A DNA stretch of 48,263 nucleotides from Candidatus Heimdallarchaeota archaeon (GTDB lineage Archaea; Asgardarchaeota; Heimdallarchaeia; Hodarchaeales; Hodarchaeaceae): NCBI GenBank assembly GCA_011364965.1, contig RDOB01000012.1, positions 1-48,263 on the forward strand, given 5' to 3'. Below the pieces are notes generated by a model that saw only the letters and a program-made list of their open reading frames with translations, was not told the origin of the DNA and ran no database searches. Positions 1 to 9,795 of the stretch are shown here, piece after piece (positions within the stretch are counted from its first letter, which is position 1; every line of letters begins with the position of its first letter). The position numbers and the translations under genes were made by a program.

Positions 1-669
1 ATCTTCCATTTTAATCAAGCGCATGCCTGGTTTTAACATTTCTTCGTCGTGAGTGACACAGACAATAGTTTTTCCTTGAGAATTATTTAATGACAAAATC
101 AGTTCCATAATTTCATTACCAATGGCCGAATCTAGATCGCCTGTGGGTTCATCGGCCAGCAAAATGTCAGGATTATTAGCTAGGGAACGTGCGATCCCAA
201 TTCGCTGCTTCTCACCGCCTGAAAGCTCAAAAGGTTTATGATGACGCCTATTTTCGAGATCAACAAGTTTTAATAATTCGATAGCGCGTGGTTCTCGTTC
301 TTTTCTCTTCATCCCTGCGATTAGCATAGGTAATTCCACATTTTCCATAGCTGTGAGTACTGGATGAAGATTAAAAAATTGGAAAATAAATCCTAGCCGT
401 TTTCGCCTGATTTCACAGAGTGCACGGTCACTTAATGCTCCTAAATCCTGTTGATTTATACGTACAATGCCTGCAGAGGGTTGTTCTAGTCCTGCCATCA
501 CATTTAATAACGTGGATTTTCCGCTACCAGACGGTCCCATCACCATGACAAATTCCTCCCTATAAATCGCTAAATTAATCCCATTCAGGGCATCAACAGT
601 GTGCGAACCGAGCGTATAGCGCCGGTTTACGTTTTCTAACTCAATAATCAGTTCTTGAGCTTTACTCAT
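1..669 (-). CDS. ABC transporter ATP-binding protein, LolD/MacB type (3' end outside window; not in ORF track)
   Basis: Manual translation from ATG at 669: MSKAQELIIELENVNRRY..., Walker A GPSGSGKST, signature LSGGEKQR, Walker B LLADEPTGDLD, H-loop VTHD. Overlaps the stop of the upstream gene (ATGA). Confidence 0.93.
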   Translation of the reverse strand, partial: MSKAQELIIELENVNRRYTLGSHTVDALNGINLAIYREEFVMVMGPSGSGKSTLLNVMAGLEQPSAGIVRINQQDLGALSDRALCEIRRKRLGFIFQFFNLHPVLTAMENVELPMLIAGMKRKEREPRAIELLKLVDLENRRHHKPFELSGGEKQRIGIARSLANNPDILLADEPTGDLDSAIGNEIMELILSLNNSQGKTIVCVTHDEEMLKPGMRLIKMED

Positions 670-1538
670 TTCTCTAAATCGCCTCTTACGGGAATAATTG
701 TAGCAAATCCATTTCTCATCTCGATTTGAACATGGTTTTTAATCCCTGCTTCCTTTCTAATATCATCTGGAATCCGCATATTGCCATGATCATCAACAAA
801 TATTACTTCTTCTCTGATATCCAGTGATATTCTTGGATCAATGGCTCGATGCAAGCCTACAATTCTTCCATCTAATATTCTCATTGCTTTTACAGTCATA
901 TTCGCAAATCGGTTGTCGTGAGTTACTACAAGAAACGTTTTTCCCAGTTCCTTATTTAGAAGTTTGAAATATTCTATAATTTTAAATGTAGTAACCGAAT
1001 CCAACTCGCCAGTTGGCTCATCTGCAAGTACGATATCTGGATCATTTGCTAAAGCGACCGCAATTCCCGTTCGTTGGGCTTCTCCTCCTGATAATTGATG
1101 TGGTTTGTGATGTCCTCGTTCTCCTAGCCCAACATCTTTTAATAAATGAAGAGCTCGCTTTTTTTGTTCCTCGCGAGGCCAACGTCCATTTAATTTCATT
1201 GGAAGCATGACATTACGTAAAGCAGTTAAATTCCAAATTAAATTCCGTTCTGGAAGCTGATACAACAACCCCACACGTTCTCTTCGATGCTGAGTTAGTT
1301 GTTTTTCATTTAATTTGGTTATTATTTCTCCTCCCAGAATGATTTCTCCTGAAGATGGACGATCAATTCCTGCGATAAGATTAATCAGCGTACTTTTACC
1401 TGATCCACTTGGGCCAATTATTGCAATCAAATCTCCCTCATTTGCTGATAATTCCACTCCTCTGAGAGCAGGAACTTGGATCTTACTCTGTTCATCAACA
1501 TATAATTTAATCAAATCATTACATTCAAGGAATGTCAT
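666..1538 (-). CDS. ABC transporter ATP-binding protein with C-terminal AbrB/SpoVT-like extension
   Basis: GPSGSGKST, LSGGEAQR, LADEPTGELD, VTHD; C-terminal VDDHGNMRIPDDIRKEAGI resembles an AbrB swapped hairpin. Confidence 0.92.
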   Translation of the reverse strand: MTFLECNDLIKLYVDEQSKIQVPALRGVELSANEGDLIAIIGPSGSGKSTLINLIAGIDRPSSGEIILGGEIITKLNEKQLTQHRRERVGLLYQLPERNLIWNLTALRNVMLPMKLNGRWPREEQKKRALHLLKDVGLGERGHHKPHQLSGGEAQRTGIAVALANDPDIVLADEPTGELDSVTTFKIIEYFKLLNKELGKTFLVVTHDNRFANMTVKAMRILDGRIVGLHRAIDPRISLDIREEVIFVDDHGNMRIPDDIRKEAGIKNHVQIEMRNGFATIIPVRGDLEK

Positions 1539-1541
1539 TTT

Positions 1542-4502
1542 TTATTCCACCTTCAATATCCTACTGATATCTTTCCGTGTTGCTTGTATTGCAGGTATTA
1601 TGGTTCCAATTCCAGCTACGATCAAGATTCCTAAAATCATTTGTATCATAAGTGTTAAGGGATAACTTATAACAACAGGTGGAATTGTTTCTCCCATCTG
1701 AGTGAGTTGAAGAAACATAGTTACATAATAAATCCCTGTCATTAACCCAATAAGTGTACCAAAGCTTAAGATAGTGGCAGCTTCGACTAAAAATGATTGT
1801 CCAGTTTGGATACGAGTCATTCCCAATGCCCGTTCGACTCCAATCTCCTTTCCTCTTTCAACATAAGTGAAAAATGCAAACATCACAACTCCAATGACTG
1901 ATACAACTATACATAAAATTAAATCAGAATTTAAAATTGACAAGGTAAACCGTCTATCAAATGAATCCCGATATATCTGATATTTTAGTGCAGGAGCATC
2001 AGGTATAATTCCAGTTTCTTCATAAATCGATTCAGTTGCAGATTTAATATTATCGAGAGAGTCAATTTTCGCGATATAACTAGCTTCAGAATAAGTGAAG
2101 TACGATGCCTTATTTAACTCTTCAAACATTCCTAAACTCCCAATCATCCAATAGTAGCGAGAAAAATCGTACCATTCTCGTGGGTAAAGGTTAGGCCAGT
2201 ATTTAAAGGTTCCAACGATTCTGTATTTAAATATTTGATTATGTGTCTCATTACTAAACTGGATTGATAGATTGTCACCAATTTTTGGTTTTGTAACGTC
2301 TTCTTTAAGATTTCCTTCAAATAATATCACAGAGTGGTTATCTTCTAATTCTTTTACTAATTTTGTAAGACTTTGACTCAACTGAAACAGAGGGTCAGTG
2401 AAAGCTGTTTGAGCATAGGATTGTGGATCAATGAATAGAAAATCAAATGATCGATAAATAAATCCATGGGAGAAGTAATCCGTTCGGTAAACACCTGAAA
2501 CTGAATCCAAATGTGATACATTTTCTTTCAATATATTTCCTATTGTTTCATTTAATACTGAACCCATAGGAATTATTATATCAGCTCCATTATCATAATA
2601 GTACTTTAACTGTTCTGTTTCATCCAAAGAAAAGATTAATGAAGACGCAAGAATTGAAAAAGACAATGCTAGTGTGATTAGTAAGACTGCTCTGCTTGCT
2701 GCTTGTTGGTGCCTGACAATATTACGGATCGCAAATGCATTCACTCCTCCATCAAGTTTCCATAACATTTCTGCAATTCGTGACATTATTAGAGGGAAAA
2801 ACCGTGATATAACCATAATAGTACCGAAAAACATCAGGAAAGGCGCGGGGAGAGCTAGAAGCGAAAGGATTGGAAGGAGGGCATATATAATTGGTTCAAG
2901 ATCTCCTTCACTGAACCTTAATGCTCTTGTTAATGCCATATATGCAATCCAGGTGACTGTGCCTAATGAAAAGAGTATAATGTCTAGATAATAACGTTTC
3001 CAAGCCGGGAGGCTCGTTTCGGTAGGTTTTTGCGTTTCAGTTATCAATTGACGACTCATTCGAATCATACGTACAAAATTTAACAGTAAGGAGAAGATGA
3101 TTCCCCAAATTACTAATGTTTGGATGAATCCAAAAGAGAATTTCACTGGTGGGGATACTCCGAAAAATTGGAGGTAATCTGATGATTTCATTACTAAATC
3201 AGTTAAGAAAAGGCCAATTATAAAACCGAGTAAAATAGCTATAATTGTAGAAAAAAATATTTCTCCTACCAATGTCGTAAAAATCTGTAATGGGGATCCA
3301 CCACGGGTTTTTAGAATTCCAATCTGTTCCTGTTTTTGCTTTCTAATTAATCTGAATGAGTATGTGACAAGGTACAAGGCGATTCCAATCACAGGAACGC
3401 TAACAAAAATTAGAATGAATGTCAAACCGAAAACTACCATATCAAATCTAAGTAATGCTTCGTATATTCGACTCCATATGTTCGGATAGATGTCATTTTG
3501 GTACAAGGTTTGCTCAAAGGCTTGGATAAATCCTTGGAGTTTCTTTACCTCTTCATTGATGTTATATGCGTTAAAGTGAGATCTATCAATAAAAATATCA
3601 CAATAGACTCGACCTTCAAAATCAAAAAAAGAATAAGTTTCTGATAATTCACCCAACAAATCTATCATAAGATCTTGGGGGAAAAGCAACATGTATGGTT
3701 CCCAAAGATCCATGAGATTAAAATATTCCCATAATAATTTTGTTACATTATCAGAAATTATTACTGGATAGTTATCCTCGTAATAATATGTAAAAGACGT
3801 ATATTCTACGATTCCAACAACCGTAACTGTCTTGTTAATTTGCTCCTCCTCATATGGAATAGACCATCCTGGTAATGTTATGTTTAATTGGGAATTTAAG
3901 GTAATATTTTGGAGAATACCTCCAAAATCTCCATACCATTCTTGAATGTTCGATGGTTTTAATAAAAAAACCTCAGATGTATTGGTAGGTAATCTACCTT
4001 CCCCATGTGAGTTCACCAAATCACTCATCTGGGAATAAAACTTTGCTGAAGGTGAGGAGATCATTGTGAGATAATATTCAAGCCAATATTCTCCATAATC
4101 GTCTTGATATTCTACCCAATAAGCTATTTCTGAAGTAGAAAACCATTTAGATCTATCAATATAGTTGGCATAGTTCGCTGAGGCAATTGATGAGTTCAGC
4201 ATTGCATCATATGTTTCTATATTAAAAAATGCAGCTGGATTAGTAGAATCGTCATCATTTAAACTCCACCTATATAGTGATAGCGAGATATCTTCATCAT
4301 ACTCTGAGTAATCTTGAAATACGACCTCCTCGAAGATTTGCTCGCGATAAGATTCGATTAATATTCCACTCTGAGATACTATAGTTAGCGCTAGGATGAG
4401 ACCAATAATTGTAGGAAGGATCATTCGGCGATTAACAACAAGTAATTGGTATGTAATGACAAATGGATCAATAATCCTTGCAAAAGCGAGTTTAAATGAC
4501 AT
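1542..4502 (-). CDS. FtsX/MacB-like ABC permease (duplicated architecture)
   Basis: Two FtsX-type motifs (QKQEQIGILKTRGGS; ERGKEIGVERALGM), two large extracytoplasmic regions, multiple TM segments. ATG at 4502 is preceded by GGAG. Confidence 0.9.
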   Translation of the reverse strand: MSFKLAFARIIDPFVITYQLLVVNRRMILPTIIGLILALTIVSQSGILIESYREQIFEEVVFQDYSEYDEDISLSLYRWSLNDDDSTNPAAFFNIETYDAMLNSSIASANYANYIDRSKWFSTSEIAYWVEYQDDYGEYWLEYYLTMISSPSAKFYSQMSDLVNSHGEGRLPTNTSEVFLLKPSNIQEWYGDFGGILQNITLNSQLNITLPGWSIPYEEEQINKTVTVVGIVEYTSFTYYYEDNYPVIISDNVTKLLWEYFNLMDLWEPYMLLFPQDLMIDLLGELSETYSFFDFEGRVYCDIFIDRSHFNAYNINEEVKKLQGFIQAFEQTLYQNDIYPNIWSRIYEALLRFDMVVFGLTFILIFVSVPVIGIALYLVTYSFRLIRKQKQEQIGILKTRGGSPLQIFTTLVGEIFFSTIIAILLGFIIGLFLTDLVMKSSDYLQFFGVSPPVKFSFGFIQTLVIWGIIFSLLLNFVRMIRMSRQLITETQKPTETSLPAWKRYYLDIILFSLGTVTWIAYMALTRALRFSEGDLEPIIYALLPILSLLALPAPFLMFFGTIMVISRFFPLIMSRIAEMLWKLDGGVNAFAIRNIVRHQQAASRAVLLITLALSFSILASSLIFSLDETEQLKYYYDNGADIIIPMGSVLNETIGNILKENVSHLDSVSGVYRTDYFSHGFIYRSFDFLFIDPQSYAQTAFTDPLFQLSQSLTKLVKELEDNHSVILFEGNLKEDVTKPKIGDNLSIQFSNETHNQIFKYRIVGTFKYWPNLYPREWYDFSRYYWMIGSLGMFEELNKASYFTYSEASYIAKIDSLDNIKSATESIYEETGIIPDAPALKYQIYRDSFDRRFTLSILNSDLILCIVVSVIGVVMFAFFTYVERGKEIGVERALGMTRIQTGQSFLVEAATILSFGTLIGLMTGIYYVTMFLQLTQMGETIPPVVISYPLTLMIQMILGILIVAGIGTIIPAIQATRKDISRILKVE

Positions 4503-4729
4503 CAAAACAGTACTCCAGTGAGAATAAGGTGTAGGAGATCATTTCTTGATCATTTCTACTAATTTCGGATTACTATCGATGTTCATGTTTACTTTTAAAT
4601 GGCTTGAGATACATGAACTCAGTCTCCTTCTAGATTCATTTTCCCAAAACAATCAACACTAGTTCTAATATTATAATGATTAAATGATTTAATATCTTAT
4701 GATTAGGGGAGCAGAGGCATCTTCTGTTT

Positions 4730-5281
4730 TTACGAAAGCTGTGAAAATAAGTACGCAATTATTGCAAACCCACAGAACATAGTCCCTGAAAGCTGCATGA
4801 CCCAAAACCAGGCAAGTTCAGGAGTAGGATTCTCGGTTGCAGCTACAAGATAATTTGATCCCCAGGCTTCGATTCTTTTCCCAATTAAAACTCGATGTTC
4901 TTGGGTGACGTATAAAATCGCTGTTTTTTCCCCAAAGATGAGACCAAATATGTATATGGGTTCTAGACCAGAAAATAAATCGATTAAATAATGAACTGCC
5001 ATAGATGTAGTGAATAACGAGATTTCTGGATGGAGGTTGAAAGGAAAAATAAACCATAAAAAGAGGACGATACCATAATCATGAGTCAATTTTCGGGCTA
5101 ATTTATTATTCATATTCAATCTGATTAAAAAAAGCTCCATGAAATCTGCTAATTGACTTCCAATGAGAATTATAAGAAACCAGTGAAGATTACCCTGAAT
5201 ACTTATTCTGAAGATAGCAAACCAAAAGAAAATAACCCCCAAAGTCCATTCCGTGTGTTTTAGTGCTTCCATATTCCTCAC
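4730..5281 (-). CDS. Membrane protein, YdjM-like metal-dependent hydrolase paralog (partly degenerate)
   Basis: Hydrophobic; HTEWTLG, GSQLAD, KLTHD, HYLID motifs; paralogous to the adjacent gene. Confidence 0.6.
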   Translation of the reverse strand: MRNMEALKHTEWTLGVIFFWFAIFRISIQGNLHWFLIILIGSQLADFMELFLIRLNMNNKLARKLTHDYGIVLFLWFIFPFNLHPEISLFTTSMAVHYLIDLFSGLEPIYIFGLIFGEKTAILYVTQEHRVLIGKRIEAWGSNYLVAATENPTPELAWFWVMQLSGTMFCGFAIIAYLFSQLS

Positions 5282-5284
5282 TCC

Positions 5285-5815
5285 TCAAATAAAGTAAAAA
5301 AATATCCCCAATGCCATTATCCAAGCACCAAGAATGGTAAGTCCCCAAAACCATGAAAGCTCATCACCGATATTTTCTGAACCAATGTAAGAGCTCTTAA
5401 TGATACTCCGAATTTTACCTCCAATCCTAATCGATTGGTCTCTATCGATAAGCATTATTCCTCCTCGATGAGTGAGAGGAGAAAACAGATAGATTGGGTC
5501 TCTTCCAGCAATTATATCCTCAAGAAGATGAAGAATGCTCCCAAAGGTTAGGAAACCCAATATTGGAATTACTATTGACAAAAAGATTAGAATACTGAAG
5601 AAAAATACGGTATGTGATAACTCACGATGCCCTATAGAGAAATTTCTTCCATGGAAGAATGCCCAATCAAACAGGTCAGGAAATACAGATCCCACTCCCA
5701 ACAATAAAAATCCCAACGGGGTAACTGTAACCTCCCAAATGGATAGACAAATTAGGCTTAATCCCAGAGTCCATTCCAAATGTGCAATTGGTTCCACTGT
5801 TTCACTAATCTCCAT
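5285..5815 (-). CDS. Membrane metal-dependent hydrolase, YdjM family
   Basis: N-terminal His, GSVFPDLFD, HRELSHT, HLLED motifs typical of YdjM-like proteins. Confidence 0.75.
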   Translation of the reverse strand: MEISETVEPIAHLEWTLGLSLICLSIWEVTVTPLGFLLLGVGSVFPDLFDWAFFHGRNFSIGHRELSHTVFFFSILIFLSIVIPILGFLTFGSILHLLEDIIAGRDPIYLFSPLTHRGGIMLIDRDQSIRIGGKIRSIIKSSYIGSENIGDELSWFWGLTILGAWIMALGIFFYFI

Positions 5816-6060
5816 CAGTTTAATTACAAATTCCTGCTATTTATTGTATTGAAAGGAAATAAAATCTATTCTTTAAGAATTCTCCCGAATTAGTCAGGAG
5901 GAGGTTAAATTCTGATATTCAAAGGAAAATATTTCCTGAATGAATGTCTAATTTCTTAAGAAGAAGATAAGATACCCTGAAATGGATTAGATTTTAGCTG
6001 AAAATTATTTAAAATCTAGGAAATCCGCAAAATTTCCTTTTAATGTCTATACAGGGCTGA

Positions 6061-7854
6061 GTGAAAAGAATCAGAATTATTAATTTGAATTATGATCGGT
6101 GTAAACCTGATTTGTGTGGTTATGCCTGTTTGAAAAATTGCCCTCTTGTCATCAAAGGGCATAAAAATGTTATCACCATACGTAAGAATACAGGTAAGCC
6201 TATTATCAATAATCGAACATGCTTGATGGCAAAGAAGGGAACATGTGGAATTTGTGTAAACAAATGCTTCCCTGGTGCCATCACCGTTGTAAATTTACCT
6301 GATCCAGAGCTTTCAGGAATACTAGTTCATTGTTACGGGGAAAATAGCTTTCGGTTTTACAATATGCCTCAAATTGTACCTGGAAAAGTAATTGGACTGC
6401 TAGGAGTAAATGGGATCGGTAAGTCAACTATTTTAGAAATATTGGCTGGTAAAACGATTCCGAATGGGGGTGATTTTCAGGATCCAGAGGCTGGATATTC
6501 AAATCTTCTTAAATCAATTAGTATAGCCAGCATTAGACATTTTTTAACCGAATTAGAGAAAAAGAAGATAACAGTAGGTTATAAACCCCAAGTTTTTTCT
6601 GATTTATTAAAGAAACAAATCTCAGTTCGTGAAATCCTTTCTCAGTATCAAGAAGAAGGAGCTCCATATAGTACAAATCAGGTGATTAACTCTATGGAAC
6701 TCGAAGCAATTTTAAATCGAGATCCAGGTCGATTATCAGGTGGAGAGCTCCAACGTTTGGCTATTGCCCTTGTATTAATTAAAAATGCCGATATTTATTT
6801 AATTGATGAACCGTGTACCTTCCTCGACTTCCGTCAACGCATTAGAATGGCAGAGATATTTCATGACCTGGCAACCAAAGGGAAAGTTATATTTGTCGCG
6901 GAGCACGATATTGCCATCTTAGATTACCAAAGTGACATCATTTACGTATTTTATGGAAATTCTCATAAATTTGGAGTTATATCGAAATTAGCTTATTCTA
7001 CGAAGAAAGGGATTAATAATTTCCTATTAGGACGATTAAAAGATGAAAATATTAGAATTAGAGGAAAAGAGATTATCTTTACTAGGATGGTTAAGGAAAG
7101 AAGCTGGACTGATTTACCTAGTATAAAATACCCAAATTTTCAAAAATCCCTCGGCAGTTTTCGTTTGAATGTGAAAAGAGGGGATGTTTACTACGGAGAA
7201 ATTCTGTGTGTATTGGGAGAAAATGGATTGGGAAAAACTACATTCGCTAGAAGTTTAGCAGAGCAACTGGATAACGTTATTATCTCATTTAAGCCTCAAT
7301 TTCTCCATCGAAAATATCACGGGACAGTTCGGGAATTCCTTACAGAATATTCACAGACCTATATTGAATCCAATGATTTTAAATTGTATATTTTGAAACC
7401 TTTTTCAATTAATCACCTTTTAGATAAACCTGTATCATCTTTAAGCGGAGGGGAATTACAACGTTGTTTTTTAGCAGGATGTTTAGGAAAGAAAGCTGAT
7501 TTATACATCATAGATGAAGGAAGTGCCTTTCTTGATGTAGAAGAGCGCTTAAATGCAACTCGTGTTATTCGGCACATAATTTCAAAAAATGATGCAGCTT
7601 GTTTAGCCATTGAGCATGATATTCAAATTGCTGATGCCCTAGCTGACCGAATATTGCTTTTTGAAGGAATGCCTGGGATCCATGGTGTAACAATTGGACC
7701 CCTGGGGAAGAAAGATGGTTTGAATCGATTTCTGAAACGAATAGATGTTACATTTCGACGGGACTCTGAAACCGGTCGTGCCCGATTAAATAAAAAAGGG
7801 AGTCAATTGGACAAAATGCAGCGAACAATTGAATCCTATTATCATGACATTTAA
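6061..7854 (+). CDS. rli: ABCE1/RLI ribosome recycling ATPase
   Basis: N-terminal Fe-S Cys clusters (CKPDLCGYACLKNCP; CGICVNKC), two NBDs (GVNGIGKS, GENGLGKT, two LSGGELQR), C-terminal TFRRD..GR.R.NK.GSQLD. Confidence 0.93.
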   Translation: MKRIRIINLNYDRCKPDLCGYACLKNCPLVIKGHKNVITIRKNTGKPIINNRTCLMAKKGTCGICVNKCFPGAITVVNLPDPELSGILVHCYGENSFRFYNMPQIVPGKVIGLLGVNGIGKSTILEILAGKTIPNGGDFQDPEAGYSNLLKSISIASIRHFLTELEKKKITVGYKPQVFSDLLKKQISVREILSQYQEEGAPYSTNQVINSMELEAILNRDPGRLSGGELQRLAIALVLIKNADIYLIDEPCTFLDFRQRIRMAEIFHDLATKGKVIFVAEHDIAILDYQSDIIYVFYGNSHKFGVISKLAYSTKKGINNFLLGRLKDENIRIRGKEIIFTRMVKERSWTDLPSIKYPNFQKSLGSFRLNVKRGDVYYGEILCVLGENGLGKTTFARSLAEQLDNVIISFKPQFLHRKYHGTVREFLTEYSQTYIESNDFKLYILKPFSINHLLDKPVSSLSGGELQRCFLAGCLGKKADLYIIDEGSAFLDVEERLNATRVIRHIISKNDAACLAIEHDIQIADALADRILLFEGMPGIHGVTIGPLGKKDGLNRFLKRIDVTFRRDSETGRARLNKKGSQLDKMQRTIESYYHDI

Positions 7855-7866
7855 TTAAAAGATAAT

Positions 7867-9162
7867 TCAGAAAGGAAAAATTAAGTTGAAGAGCTCTATG
7901 GGAATGGGAAGACATACAAGTGCCACTAAAACCATAAATACAGCTACTAACTTTCTACTCGTAGTAACTGAGGAGATATCATCCAACGGTCCTGCATGGC
8001 CCGTTTGAGAGTACATAATAAGGATAAGAAGAGCAAAAGGCCAAAATCCTAAGACAAACATAATTCCTGCACTAATATAGGTCATGGTACGATGATTCCT
8101 TTCTGAAAATAGGCTTCTTGCTACATGACCTCCATCTAATTGACCAATTGGTATTAAATTAAGACCTGTAAGTAATAAACCAATGTACCCTGTAAAAGCA
8201 AGAGGATGTAGTAAAACCACAAACGATTCGGTAGTGGCAGGAACTATTATATATGCTAAAAACTCGAATAACAAAATTCGGTATCTTGTAGGAGATTCTA
8301 ATCGAAAATCTAGTACAAACAGGGAGCTTTCCATCTCACTAGGAATTAATGCAGCTGGAGCTGTAAAGGAAATCATTAATCCTAAAATGGTAAATGCTAT
8401 TGAAACTATTAAACCAAAAATTGGACCAGAAAGGCCAATATCAAACAGAGCATTTTTTGTTCGAATCGGGGATTTTTGCTGGATAAACGCTCCCATTGTT
8501 CCATAACCAAATGGAAATGGAATGAAATAGGGCCAACTGGCTTTAATTCCATGTAATCTAGAAGCAATCATATGTCCTAATTCATGTATACTAACTATTC
8601 CTACTAATCCAATGACATAAAGTAGACTTGTTAAGATAGGGTCAAGACTGGGGTCTACTTGCCGTAATATTTCCCAGCTGTTCAGTCCTACAAACATTAC
8701 TGAAAGAATCGTAAAAATATATAATATTATTGGAGTAGAAATTTTTTGTTTTTCAGATTCTTTCATTTTATTACTTATAGGTAATATATAAAGCATTCCT
8801 CTAGATTCATGAGTTGGATGCGGACGGAGGAGGGGAATAAATCCAAGTTCTCGTAACTCGTTATCTATCGCGGGCATACTTGAGGCAAGGTCACTTCTAC
8901 GTAGAATTTCATATGCTGGAATTGGAACTGTTTCCATATATGCTCTACTAGGGGACATTTCTTTATATGAAACTGACGTAACTGTAAAGAATTTGCTTAC
9001 TAGCTCGTCAATTTGCGAGTATACCCAGAATCGTGAGTTATTAAACATCATTAATTCACGTTCCTCAAGGTTTCTCCTCCCAAATAAATCCTTTGATACG
9101 AACATAGAATTTATTGAGATATTTAGATCCATCAAACAAGGAACCAAATTCGATACGAGCAT
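7867..9162 (-). CDS. Site-2 protease (peptidase M50) family membrane metalloprotease; true start probably downstream
   Basis: HELGH zinc motif, GLSGP, NLIPIGQLDGGH, multiple TM helices. Confidence 0.92.
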   Translation of the reverse strand: MLVSNLVPCLMDLNISINSMFVSKDLFGRRNLEERELMMFNNSRFWVYSQIDELVSKFFTVTSVSYKEMSPSRAYMETVPIPAYEILRRSDLASSMPAIDNELRELGFIPLLRPHPTHESRGMLYILPISNKMKESEKQKISTPIILYIFTILSVMFVGLNSWEILRQVDPSLDPILTSLLYVIGLVGIVSIHELGHMIASRLHGIKASWPYFIPFPFGYGTMGAFIQQKSPIRTKNALFDIGLSGPIFGLIVSIAFTILGLMISFTAPAALIPSEMESSLFVLDFRLESPTRYRILLFEFLAYIIVPATTESFVVLLHPLAFTGYIGLLLTGLNLIPIGQLDGGHVARSLFSERNHRTMTYISAGIMFVLGFWPFALLILIMYSQTGHAGPLDDISSVTTSRKLVAVFMVLVALVCLPIPIELFNLIFPF

Positions 9163-9795
9163 TTAAACGGTTATTCGAAAATCTCTTGGAGAGAAAGTTT
9201 CAGGTGCAATGACATCTATTAGATCTAAATTATTTTTCAATTCTAAAATCTTTTTCCCTCTGATCTTCCAAGAGGTTTCAAGCTTTTTCAAATGAAAGAG
9301 AGAAAAATTTTCATTTGAAGGAATTATGAATGTCCCTCCATAACGATTCAAAATGATGATGAATTCTTGGTTTTCAGACCATGAAGGTAACCGTAAATCA
9401 GCTAGAATCGCGATATGCCTAATATAAGTCAAACAAATAATTGGTTGAAGAAGCTGAAAGAAGAAATTCCCAAAAGAATGCTGGATTTCAAATTCTGCTC
9501 TATTTTCATGACATCTATATCGAAGAATTGGTAAGTCCTTCCAAGAAATACAGATCGGTTTGGAACCAGAATGATTGCATAATTCGACCATGAAGTGGAA
9601 TTCTATTCTCTTAATTTTTCCAAGTCCAGTAAGAGCTTCAATATATGCTTCCCTCTCATTGGAATCAGAAATGTGATTATTCCGATCAAACATGACATGT
9701 AGTAAGCGACAATTCATCTTGTATGCTAGAGAATGTTCACATAAAAGAATTATAGAAACGTTTCCCCGCAAAAAATGAAAGTTCCGATGCAGCAA
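9163..9795 (-). CDS. Hypothetical protein (start uncertain)
   Basis: 210-codon ORF filling the gap between co-oriented genes; no recognisable motif. Confidence 0.5.
   Translation of the reverse strand: MLHRNFHFLRGNVSIILLCEHSLAYKMNCRLLHVMFDRNNHISDSNEREAYIEALTGLGKIKRIEFHFMVELCNHSGSKPICISWKDLPILRYRCHENRAEFEIQHSFGNFFFQLLQPIICLTYIRHIAILADLRLPSWSENQEFIIILNRYGGTFIIPSNENFSLFHLKKLETSWKIRGKKILELKNNLDLIDVIAPETFSPRDFRITV

Noticed and set aside
4503-4586. Short ORF ending in an in-frame TGA upstream of the FtsX-like permease (possible Sec or readthrough)
   Set aside because: ATG 4502 has its own GGAG RBS, there is no redox-motif context, and no SECIS-like element is evident.
4710-4731. GCAGAGG-cat-CTTCTGT-TTTT hairpin as a terminator
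   Set aside because: The U-tract is on the plus strand while both flanking genes are on the minus strand; no transcript to terminate is evident.
9163-9795. Faint resemblance to RNase P subunit Rpp30
   Set aside because: Too weak to support without a profile search.
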